Assembly (NCBI GenBank): GCA_002269645.1
Contig: NIVC01004295.1
Location: forward strand, 1-51,406
From: Macrostomum lignano
Lineage: Eukaryota
Reading direction: 5' to 3'
Length of the DNA: 51,406 nt
Part shown: one piece after another, positions 1 through 22,370 of the stretch
How the letters are laid out: each line of letters starts with the position of its first letter
How positions within the stretch are numbered: position 1 is the stretch's first letter
Notes under the pieces: generated by a model
Seen by the model: only the letters and a program-made list of their open reading frames with translations
What the model was told of the DNA's origin: nothing
Databases searched by the model: none
Made by a program: the position numbers and the translations under genes

Positions 1-1
1 C

Positions 2-217
2 AGCAGCAGCAGTCGACAGCGGCGGATCCAGCGGCTCACTGAGGTGTCTACTGTCACTGCATCCGGGCGACCGCTACCAGCTATCGTGGTCAACGCCTCC
101 GACTGCACCGGGGAGGACGCCGACAAGCCCGTCGAAGCGCTGGCTAGGCTGGAGGTTCACCGATCGTGCCCGAACATCCGGTTAGTGGCGCCAGCTCCTG
201 CGCGCGCGCGCACCTGA
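2..217 (+). CDS. Possible 3' end of an upstream protein-coding gene (unidentified; truncated by the window start)
   Basis: Frame starting at position 2 is open to TGA 215-217 (SSSSRQRRIQRLTEVSTV...HRSCPNIRLVAPAPARART*). GC-rich like the other exons and followed by AT-rich sequence. No family recognised. Confidence 0.3.
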   Translation, partial: SSSSRQRRIQRLTEVSTVTASGRPLPAIVVNASDCTGEDADKPVEALARLEVHRSCPNIRLVAPAPARART

Positions 218-1285
218 GACGAGCGCGCCCGCGCGATAGTTAAGCAACTCAATTTTTCAACTCCATTTAACTCCATTTTGCCTTTGTGTGCTAAGTCTCA
301 TGCTAATTCATATAAGATTGATAAATTGACTCTCCACTCTCCAGGAGTCGGGCCTTGCACAGTAGACGGAGGTTTTTTATCGTAACTGACGGACTGCGTT
401 ATACTTGAGTATTTTAAATAGTTTGTACATACGTAAAGTGTACATTCCGTATTTCAGATGCAAAAATGGGCTAGATGTACAAATCAGCCTTAAAGTACAT
501 CAATTACTTTCGGTTCCTCTCGCTTATCTTTTCAACTGCTATCAAATATACAGATTGACTTATTTTCTGTTACAACTATTTACCTTATTGTTTATACTCT
601 TTGAATTTTACTGCGTTGTACGTGCTCTTGTCGAACTATTCTTTAGATTTAGAATAAAGGACATTTTGAGAGGCATAAAAAAATACGCACATACTATAAC
701 CGCTACTAAAGAAATTACTGACACATTATTAGCCATTAAAATTGCCTTGATAGCCATGCATACGCGGGATTGGATTGAAGTACACATAAGCCTTGTGTTA
801 TCAACACAACAGCATGCCGTAGCCGTGTAGGCATTGAATAGGGGGTTCATGCAAAGGACAAACCAGCAAGCAGCTTTGCTTTGTGCTGTGCTTGGGTGTG
901 GGCAATACGCGATGTGTGTTCATACCTAGCTCTCCCCCTACTTTCCACAGGCACGGGTAGGCTGCAAGCAAAGCTAGCATATAGAAGGACTGAAGGTTTT
1001 TACCCCAGACAGAAATGTACATCAAGCTCTCTAGGGCTTATCGATCGCGCAGCAGAGTGTCAGCTAAAGCCCCGCCGGCTCAGACCAGACTAGATGGCCC
1101 CACCCCGTGCTACGTACATTTGTTCGTCTTGTACACTCAAGTGGAAGAGAGATAGAGAGGAGCGGGTAAGAGAAAAACGGCTAGAAAAGTGAATAGCCAT
1201 ATAATAGTGAAGCAAAGGCACTACTAAAAAACCACTGCCAACCTCAATTGAAACGAGACGTCGTACTAAAGACAGCTTTGCCTAG

Positions 1286-2881
<1,596 letters not shown>

Positions 2882-4474
2882 GAGGTGAACACCTTGGCTG
2901 TATGATGATTTGACAGCCAGATCGGAACTCAGTTAATTTAGCTATAATAGCCTGTTATTAGCGTCGAACTAACTCTAGCGATTTCAATGTTGTGCTTAAC
3001 TCTGTCAGCTGTCTATTGCTCGATTTTCTAATTGATTCAAATCCATCTTTAGCGCCATTTTTCATACGCCTAAGAAGCACTTCTAAACCAGCTTGAATAG
3101 CTTACACAAATCTTAGTTGTGTTTTTTTTCTGTTATAAATCATTATAGCAGCTTTCTATCCCCCGCCAAACCCCCCGGTGTAACCTTTGACAGCAAACAG
3201 AACGCTTAGTTTATTAGCGAATAGAAATAGTATTTAATATTTTATTTCACGTCGCTCAACTTCCTCCGGTTTCTTTATAGTAGACCAAGTAGTTATTATT
3301 GTTATCTATATTTTTTCTATTAAGATAGTCGATACTTTGAACCCCGGATATTAAATAACATCTAGAAGCACCTCTTCCTGTCCCTTTTGTTCGAATTCGT
3401 CCATTCGTCATTATTAATGCGCAACTATCTAGACTTTCTTTCAGTCCCTTTTCGTTTAAAATAAGAAATAAGTACAATAATACAGTCTTGAATTTAGCCA
3501 TATCGTGTTAAACTGTGTCGTCCTTAACCAAAAATTATTTGCTTCTTCGTTTTTATTTTTGCACATCTAAGAGCAGCTATAATCAGTACATGGTTGAAGT
3601 ATATTTGCTTTATTAAAAATTATAGAATCGATTGCACCTTTGAAAAAATCGTACAAGCAGGTAAACTGTAAAAATCAAAGACTGAGTAGGCCTAGGAAAA
3701 AATATAATAATTCAGACTTCATAAAAATTTGAATCAAAAAATTGAACACGTCGATGATTGATAAATCAAAATCAGTAAAAAATTGTTAATCCAAGAAAAT
3801 TTGGTAATGCGATCGTACTTTGAATAAATAAAACTGATAAACATTTGGATTATAGAAAGCATGGATTTGAATCAGCGGTGATAAACACGGATAGCAACTG
3901 ACTGATTGCACGCATTGATTCAGGATCTGTATTCGTGTTGGAAGGACGAGGTTGCTATGCCCTCGCTCTCTGTTCATTTAGGACTCGAAACATTAATAAT
4001 ATATATGGACCTTGATCTTTTGATAGGGTTGGGAGATTGGGAGTATAGAAGGACGCTAGCTATACACTAGATTTTCTTAGAAATGATCCGGAGAGGCCGG
4101 TCAAGGAACGTACGAGCCCTATATTTTTTGTCGTTTGGTGCCATGCATGGTCCAGCTGGTCAAGGACCACTGATATAATAGTAAAATGAAGTGACACCTA
4201 GAAAATTATCGACATTCTATTTAAACTCAAATTGAACACCAAATTGAACTCCTATTTCTATAAAAAATCTCAGCTTTATAAATACATCTTGGAGTTCAAT
4301 AAGGTGAGATACTGATATGATTTTGTCCATAATTTTTTAGGTTTCGTCTCACTACTTTACCACTGGTCCTTGAGCGTGGGTTTCTAGAGATACTCCGAGG
4401 TGTCAAGGAGAAATCTGCGCAAATTCCAGGTCCATTAATCTTTTAAATTAATATAATTTAAAAGAAGATTCGGC

Positions 4475-14302
<9,828 letters not shown>

Positions 14303-15540
14303 TGGATTATTAATTTCTTGGCATAAATTTGGTAATGGAAAAATTGAAAGATAGTTAAAAATTATAGAAAAATATGTACAAAAAGAACGATCACACGCCT
14401 GTATAAACACGATAGCACAATATAGCTCGTACATGCAGTCAACCAACTTTGACGTATATAAAGCATACATAAAACAAAGACGGCTTTCACATACATATTC
14501 TAATTTGCTCATACTCTAATTTGCTTGTGATTTCTATAATCCTATGAAAGAAACCAAAAGATTATGAAAAAAGAAATCCCTTTGATAACGGTTTACATGA
14601 AAATTACATAAAACATTTCACATGTACATTATCCATGGGACATTCAGTATGTGCAAGAATTCAGATAACATTAGTTTAGCTAAGTATGTCAATGGGGAAT
14701 ATATATATATATATGATCCTGTACTTCCAGCATAAGCCGAAAGCAAAAATATACTTTTGCAAATTATATTCAATAGTAACAACTCCATTCACGAATTCGA
14801 CAAAATGCGAAACCAAGCAAATAAAGTCTACTTTTTTGCGTCGAATTATGAAGATCAGATTTATTTAGATCATGGAGGTCTTTTGGCTTGGTTATAAAGT
14901 GAAATTATCAGAATTTGATTGAAACCAAACCAAAGCCGAGTTCCACTCCTGGTTACAACTGATAAGAATTTTTTTAGAAAAATCGTCTTCACTCATTTGA
15001 ACTGAAGAAGTATGTTTTTTATTTTAAAATCAAAATATTTCGCACTTGCTGAAACGGTATTTAATATAGAAGCGAAAAGTTTTTAATTGTGTTTTAATCC
15101 CATTTAAAACGTGCTTAATATTCCGTGAGTTCTTATTATAAATCAATGAGGCTCTTCATTTTGCTTGTTACTGGTTCTAGAACCAGAATAAATTTGTAAA
15201 GTATAACTTTTAGTCTCCTAAACTAGAGGGATATTAGTGCTTTAAAATTGTGATTATTAAATGGCAATAGCCAAGAAGAAAGTGAAAAATTGTGCAAAGT
15301 GAGGCTGTTAAGGCAGTCAAACATTCAACAAAGTTAAATAGTTATACTGCTTTTTTTCTTGGAAATCCGAACCGATTCTGCTTCGAGAATCAATTGCCGT
15401 GAAGAGGCTCAATGATAGGCCCTTATGCTTAATGTGTGCATTAATGCAAAGCCTAATAACCTATTGATTCGAGTTCACAATACATAAAAAACACTGAAGC
15501 ACAAACGAGTAGGCCTAATTGAATCTAATATACAAAAAAA

Positions 15541-15620
15541 TTGCTTGTATGTATGCAATCGATTATCTCCCGAAAGGCTCAACCGATTTTCGCCGTTTCT
15601 TCACCAAAACTTAAAAGTCT
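15541..15620. mobile_element. Possible fragment of a non-autonomous Helitron/Helentron-type element
   Basis: GTATGTATG...TATCTCCCGAAAGGCTCAACCGATTTT resembles a motif recalled from invertebrate non-autonomous rolling-circle elements; fragment only. Confidence 0.3.
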
Positions 15621-16360
15621 AGTAATTGCTTGGTTGCTTGCTTGTATGCAATTTCTAAGTCTAAAATTCATATAGCCAATGGTCGGTTTTTAATAAGTTC
15701 TTCGTTTCTCTGTCCTAACTTAATATGCTTGTTTGCCTGCCTTAGGGCCTTATAGGTCTAATATTAGCCATTCATCTAATCTTTATGTCCTAGGCCTATG
15801 ATCTATAGGCCTATATGACTATTTTATGCCTAATATGTAACTTTGATGACTGTGAGAATGCATGCACGAGTGAAGTCTAACTAGCTTAATTTAGTATTAG
15901 CTATGCAGACTATGCAGATAAAACATCAATTCATTATTGATTTGTGTCAATGGCTTTGATTTAGCCTTTATTAAGCTTAGGTAGGCCTAGGAATATTTGC
16001 TCAATGGTCCTAATGTAATGCCAATGATTGCAACTAACTTGTCACTTGCACATATTAGGCTAGGCTTGACTAGGTTTGCCTTGACTAGACTAGCCTGAGG
16101 CTAGTAGGGCCTATAATAGATAAATTAGACTTCTAAGTTTTGTAGGCAATGTTTCTGCTTTGGTGTTATACTTATATTTATAATCCTCCATTCCCCGGAA
16201 TTATTTTTGCATGTATTCTAAAATCTGAGGTAAAACTCAAACAAAAACTTGTTCCCTTGTTAATAGTTAGGATAGAGTTAAACATAAAATAGTGTAAATT
16301 CATGTAAAATTAGGATTTGAGGCAAACATTGATATTGTTGGCTGTGGTGCTGCGCAGAAT

Positions 16361-17940
16361 GTCAGGCAAACTCTGGCCTCTACGTACCTCTGCCTCTCCC
16401 TATGTCCTTTGCATCCTTTGAAACTTCTATCTTCTTTTCTGTTTCCTATCTTCTCTCTCGTCTCTTTTCTCTCTCCCCTCTTATCTCTTCTTTCTTCTCT
16501 CCTCTCTTGTCTCTTCTCTCATCTCTTCCCTCTCCCCTCTATTCTTTTCTCTCTCTTCTCCTCTCTTCGCTCTGGTCTCTGGTCTCATATCTCATTTCTC
16601 TTGTTTTATCTTTTCTCATTTCTTTCTGCTCTCTACTCTCTCTTCCCTCACCTCTCTTCTCACTCCTTACTCTACCCTCTCTCAACACTTTCCTTATCTT
16701 TACTCTCTCCTTTTTCCTCTCTTCTCTTAACTCTTTCCTCTCCTCTGTCCACTCTCTCCTCTCATCTCTCTGCTCTCTCCTATCCTATCTCTCTTCTCTC
16801 TCTTCTCTCCCCTCTTTCCTCTCCTCTCTCGTCCTTTTCACCAATTTCCCCTGTCCTCTCGATTCTCTCCCTTCCCCTCCTCTCTCCTCACTCACTTCTC
16901 ATCTCTCCCTTGTCTCCACCTCTTATCCCTTATTTCTTATCTCTCCTCTTTTCTCTCTACTCTCCCATCTCTTGTCTATTTACTCTCGTTTCCGCTCTCT
17001 TATCTCCCCTCTCTGTTCTGTCATCTTTACTCTCATATGTTCTCTCACCTCTCTCCCCTTGTACTCCTCTCTTTCCCCTTTTTGACTCAGGAGGACTCGA
17101 TCCTTTCTTCTTTCTTCTCATCTTTTCTCTTCTCTCTTCTATACTCTCTCCCTCTCTTGTCTTCTCTCTTCTCTCTCACTCTCCTCTCTCCTCTCTTATA
17201 TCGTCTGTTTACTCTTATCTTTGCTCTCTCATTTCCCTCTCTCTTCTGTCATCTCTACTCTCCTCTCTACTGTGTACTCTTCTCTTTCCCCTCTTCTGAC
17301 TCCTTTCTTTCCTTACTCCTCTCTTCTCTTCCCTCTTCTATACTCTTCCCCCTCTATTCTCTTTTCTCGTCTCTCCGCACTCTGCTCTCTCTTCCTTCAT
17401 CTCTTATCTCTACTCTATTCTCTCATATTTCCTTTCATCTGACTCATCTCTACAATCTCATCTCTTTCCTCTCTCCTCCTCTTCCCTTTACTCTATAATC
17501 TCTCCTTTGTCCTCTCTTCTTTCTTAACTCTCTCTCTCTCTCTCTCATCTCTATCTTCTCTCTTCTCACTCCTCTCTCCCTCTCTCTCCCCTCCTATCTC
17601 CTCTCTGTTCTCTATTCTCTATTCTCTTCTCACTTTTCTCTACTCTCCTCTCTCATCGATCCTCTGTCTCAGCTCTCCCCTCTTCTCTCTCCATCTTCTC
17701 ACCTCTACTATTTCCTCTCCCTTCTCTCTCCCCTCCTCTCGCTTCTTCGTCCCATATTTTCTGCTCTCTCCTCAACCTCCTCGTACGTCTCTCCTGTTAT
17801 CTTCTATCTTTTCTTTTATTCCTTCTCGCCCCTCCTCCTTTTCTAATAGTCTATTACTTTTCATTTTCATTCTCATCTGGCCCGTAGCCATGAGCTGGAT
17901 TCTTTATCTGGCCTTTGAGATAAAAATCTGCCGATCCCTG
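16361..17940 (+). mobile_element. hAT-like MITE (copy B) enclosing about 1.5 kb of degenerate CT-rich low-complexity DNA
   Basis: Degenerate left end GTCAGGCAAACTCTGGCC; right end ATCTGCCGATCCCTG (TIR-like complement of CAGGGGTCGGCAAAC); shared block with copy A at 17873-17896; pyrimidine-rich interior 16380-17870. Confidence 0.6.
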
Positions 17941-18539
17941 CTTCGAAAGCCAGTTTGTGGGATGTAGTACTATCATGGTTGTTATCATTTCTCATGCTTT
18001 AATCATGTCATCTTTCTGGTCAATTAGCAGCCCTGAGAGGAATTTGTATATCTCCAGCTCTACCACCACAGTCTGCAGCAGTCTAACAACCATGGAAATC
18101 CGCATTTCTTAGAAGGCCATTTAAATTTTAAAGTACCTTATGCGAATCTTAATGTTAAAATTTTCATGGTGTAACTAATTTAGTAGGATTGCATTGTAAT
18201 CAGTTATAAATTTTTTGATATTTTTACAAACCATCCCACATCGCCTTGATTTGCCATCCTTGTTTAACTGCTGCAGACTTGTCTATTCAGAGGACAGTGG
18301 TTTGAAATTGAATCTCTCGCTAAACTCTCTCCTCTCCACGCTTCTCCACTCGCGGGGGGGGGGTACAGAGAAGGCTATTAAAAAGTTATTCCAAAACACT
18401 GTACATTCGCTATGTACATTGAGCCCTATTGCCTGACCTTTCGTCTGGGCTGGGGGAATGAGTGAGTGAGCGGCACAAACAACAGAAAAAGCAGACAAAC
18501 TTCACATGCTTACAGTTTCTTTTTCAGTTCAGTTACAGA

Positions 18540-19094
18540 GTTGAAACTTTACATTTAGATAGAGAATGGGTCAATAAAGAATTGTGTCAAGTTTGAAGTC
18601 AATCGCTTTACGTGGAGCAAACTTATGGCAGCTGAAAGTTAGTCAATTTTGAAACCCTTTTACACATCTGAGCCCAGATCGGGAAAGAGAGGCAGGCGGG
18701 CGGAGGTTGGGATAGTTGCTATGCTGAAAAAAACAGCCTAACTTTAAAAGTGCACAGCGGCTTTCAGGATTAACTTTGAGATTTGAAATTTTACACGATT
18801 GTGTCAAAATAGTTTAAAATTGCCTGTGTCAAATTTGAAAAGAATCGGTAGAAGTGGAGCGGCGCTATGGAGGATTTAGTGAAAAAATCGCGCATTTTGA
18901 GCAGTTTTTTGTACTTTTAGGTAGGAAGAATTGAGTCTAGGAAATTAAAAGGTAGCCTAAGACATTCTCCGTAGTAAGTTTAGGGTGGGTGTAAAGTTTG
19001 GTGTCATTTGGTTGAGCGGTTTGGGAGTCCATAGCGATCAAAATTGTCCACACACAGACAGACACACACAGTTTTGATTTTTATATATAGAGAT
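18540..19094 (+). mobile_element. Probable non-autonomous Helitron/Helentron-like element (5' boundary uncertain)
   Basis: Repeated TGTGTCAAGTTTGAA / TGTGTCAAATTTGAAAAGAATCGG / GTGTAAAGTTTGGTGTCATTTGGTTGAGCGGTTTGGGAG blocks, an (ACAG/AC)n microsatellite, and a TTTTTATATATAGAGAT end. This architecture is recalled from Lep1/DINE-like elements; not database-confirmed. Confidence 0.45.
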
Positions 19095-19572
19095 ATATGC
19101 CTATAAATCAGTGTTAAGTCAGTGTTAATGACTTTAAAAATAGTATTAATGATAATCTTAACTTCTATTAATGCCATAATGACAATAAATAGTGTTAGCA
19201 TTAAAACAAAATCCTAACATATTAATTCTTTAAATTAACTAAAAATAAATTGAGCATTAATAAGCATTAATCTATTAATTTAAAGTTAATAAGACTTATA
19301 GAAAATACAAAAATCTTGCACTTTTAAAAAATAGACTTTACTATTGCATAGCTAGATAGATAGATAATGCATTATCTTTGCTTTTTCTATCTTTTTAGTA
19401 AAACACAGGTCATCTAAGCAGTTTACAAACAAAAAAAAGTAATGAATAATAATTGTAAAAACTTTTTATATATAATCTAATCAAATTGCTGTTAGCATAG
19501 TTTATATTCTACTGTGCTCAATTTTTTTTAAAATTCATAAGCAGCTATATGAAAAATATAGACATGCTAGGG

Positions 19573-19726
19573 TGCAACCTAAGGATTCACCTGGCTGTTT
19601 CTATTGGCAACACACATGCAAGTCGTCATTGGATGGAATAGTTGTCATGTGACTACTCTTAGCTAATAGCAACTTACATGTGTGTGTTGCCAATAGAAAT
19701 GGCTAAGTGATTCCCAAGATTGTGCA
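19573..19726. mobile_element. Palindromic MITE-like element, about 155 bp
   Basis: Perfect 19-bp inverted repeat TTTCTATTGGCAACACACA (19598-19616) / TGTGTGTTGCCAATAGAAA (19681-19699), with imperfect outer arms reaching TGCA at both ends. Confidence 0.6.
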
Positions 19727-20031
19727 TTTATAAGTATAAGTATAGAACTAGAAGTTTGACTTAGATTGCTTTTTGCAACTTTGTTCTATCTATTATAGTG
19801 CAAAGTTACAAGTGCTTAAAGTTCAAAACATGATGGGACCCTATTGTGGAATGACCTACCACTACTACTAAAAGTAAGCATATGATAAAAGAAGTGACTT
19901 ATTGATTTGAAACTTGAAAGCTAATCAGTTAATAATAAATATAAATTGTAAGGTTATTTAATAGCATTAGTTGGTATAGCAAAAAATTACAAAAGATTGG
20001 GAAAGAAGTGAATCAAAATGATCAATACTCA

Positions 20032-20392
20032 GGGGGGCCATAGCCCAATGGTAGCGCAGCTGCTCTGGTGTGCCAGCGACCCAGGCTCAATTCCAAGTGC
20101 AGCCACATTAATTTGGGGCTGAATTGGAATCTCGGCTTGGCTCTGCTTGTGCAATTAATGGCCTTGAGAGCCAACCCCCCAAGGCGCAGTGAAGTGTACA
20201 TGCCTAACGATAATATAAAGTTAGGGCCGCTGTACACTCCTGTGTGAGTGTGTGCCTGCGTAACGTATCCGCGATCTTGTATGCCTGCTCAGGGGAGTCG
20301 GCGGAATGGGCAGTAATGCCTCTCGCTGGTTGTGTGCCTACGTCGCCTAAAGTGCGCCAGGGTGCACACAACCCCCCTGCCTCTAAAAAAAA
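20032..20392 (+). mobile_element. Young tRNA-derived SINE, copy 1 (about 353 bp plus A8 tail)
   Basis: tRNA-like head (GGGGCCATAGCCCAATGGTAGCG...GGCTCAATTCC), oligo-A tail, perfect 12-bp TSD GATCAATACTCA (20020-20031 / 20393-20404). Near-identical copy at 49232. Confidence 0.9.
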
Positions 20393-21680
20393 GATCAATA
20401 CTCATATACAAGCAATAAAGTCTATAATTTTAATTTATTATTAAAGTTCATTAGTAAGAAATTGTTACATTTGCATGATCATTGTCATAGGACATAAACA
20501 ATGAGATTAATTAGGCATTTAGGTAAAACTAAAATCAATTGCATACCTACCAACAGACCATTTTTAATATATGTATTGAATAAAAAGGGTTTGTTTTGAA
20601 CTAAATAATCTTGAAATACAATTATATAAAGTAAAAGCAAGTATAATATAAAATAGGCCCTAATTTCTCATACTTTTTATAGAGAAGTAACTTTTTATAG
20701 AAAGTATAAGATATCTAGCTTTCAGTGGATTGTTATAATATCAAAATAGTCTTGCTATTATTTTCATAGAAATCTTATTCAAATATTGAAATTTGTAAAA
20801 ACTAAAGGCTTTATATTATATAATTTTAACATTGAATAAAAATGATGTGTTCAAGCATAAGAGTCATTGTAAATAAAAGTTCAAATCCAATATATATAAT
20901 AAACTTAATTTTTTTATTTTACTAATCTTTTATATCAAGTATGTTAGAATTTTTGATAAAACTCTTACTATTTTTATTTTTGTCAATAGGTTAAATTTGT
21001 TGTTATAATTAAAAAACAACTTTTTAATCTGTTAATTTGTTTATAATAAAAAGTAATGATATTAGACATTGCATTGACTATGCAAAAATAGTAAAAAAAG
21101 TAATTTTCTATAGTTCCCCTATACATTTAGGCCTAAGAGTGACTTTAGTAAGTATTGTTACAAAGGTTTTGGCTACTCTAATTATATTTGTTTTTTTCTC
21201 AGCAAAAGACAAGTGATAAAAGCTAAAATGACTTATTAGGCATATAAACAAGATATGAAAAGTTTTGTAATGGTTTTATTATTTGACCAATTTTAAAAAT
21301 AGTGTTTTTTAGGGCCTACCTTGGGCAGGTAAGATTTATTAATTAAAAAAATTACTTCAAGAATCTCACTACTAGAGTCCTTAATATTATCTATTTCAAT
21401 TTAGTTTTTAAAAATGCTAATTGAATAGTCTATAAGTTTTATAGTTTGTAATAATGTGGTTTAATAATTAAGTCAGAGAGAATTAAGTTTTTTTGTATGA
21501 GATTTCATATTTTTTGCTAAAATCCTAGGATTTAGAATTGAAATATACAGTTTATATAATATTGGCTCTAAATATTAAATGTTAATGTTTTTAGATCTTG
21601 CAAAATTTAGATCTTGGGACAACAATATTAGGATTAGGATCCTTTTAAACCTCTGTGCATGTCTAAATATGGGGCAAGAG

Positions 21681-21812
21681 GCAAAGTGGCTTAGTGGTTA
21701 ATTTGTCTAACTCTGTGTCTATCAATCACCAAATGACAATTGTCAAGCCATAAGGTGTGCATACATTCCTAACAATAAGAAATATAGGCCATTGTACACC
21801 CTGTGTAAATGA
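21681..21812 (+). mobile_element. Old, degenerate copy of the same SINE family
   Basis: A-box-like GTGGCTTAGTGGTT, then AAGGTGTGCATACATTCCTAACAATAAG...GGCCATTGTACACCCTGTGT, which aligns to AAGGCGC...GTACATGCCTAACGATAAT...GGCCGCTGTACACTCCTGTGT of copy 1. Confidence 0.5.
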
Positions 21813-21857
21813 GTTGGGATTTTAGATTTTAGAATTGGGATTGGAAATCATTGAATG

Positions 21858-22032
21858 ATTCCTGCACGCCGATGAGTGCTTTTCTGCCATTGACGCACGA
21901 GTCGGCGTGTTGGAATCCCATTGTCGATTGACTATTAAGTTGCATCATAAATTTGAGTGAGTGCACAGAGAGGGGTCAAGGGGGCGAAGCGTGCAGGAAT
22001 GAAATCTTGCACACGTGGTCAATCGACAATGG
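21858..22032. other. Interleaved inverted-repeat element (A-B-A'-B') inserted in a degenerate repeat tract upstream of MRPS26
   Basis: A 21858-21869 pairs perfectly with 21989-22000 (12 bp); B 21918-21932 pairs perfectly with 22018-22032 (15 bp). A also forms a local hairpin with 21902-21916. Confidence 0.7.
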
Positions 22033-22350
22033 ATTTAAGGATCGTTTGATGTCTGAACTGGGGTCCATGGATTTAAGAATTGGGACCCTGGATGTCTAAA
22101 TTGGCGTCCTGTGATTTAAGAATCAGGATCCCGAGATTTCAAGATTCGGATCCCGGGATCTCAGTCCAGCATTTTGGATTCAAGGTTGGAAATTCTGGGA
22201 TTTAATAATTAGAATACCAGGAGTTCAGGATTACAAGCGAGAATCGGGATCCTGCATTCAAGAATTGGGAATCCCAAGATTTAATGATTGGGATCCCAGG
22301 ATTTCAGAATGAGGATTCTTTGATAAGGATCAGTATCGGGATTCTTCCAT
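22033..22350. repeat. Degenerate ~20-bp tandem tract (GGGATCCC(A/G)GGATTT(C/T)AAGAAT-like) just upstream of MRPS26
   Basis: Recurring GGATCC / GATTTAAGAAT / GGGATT motifs; a similar tract flanks the element on its left (21815-21857). Confidence 0.55.
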
Positions 22351-22370
22351 CTGGCTTGTGAAAACAATGC

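Noticed and set aside
21868-21905. Hammerhead ribozyme or SECIS element in the hairpin CCGATGAGTGC...GCACGAG
   Set aside because: The core is CCGAUGA/GAG rather than CUGANGA/GAAA, and there is no stem III or cleavage triplet. For SECIS, helix II is only 4 bp, there is no apical AA, and it is not in a 3'UTR.
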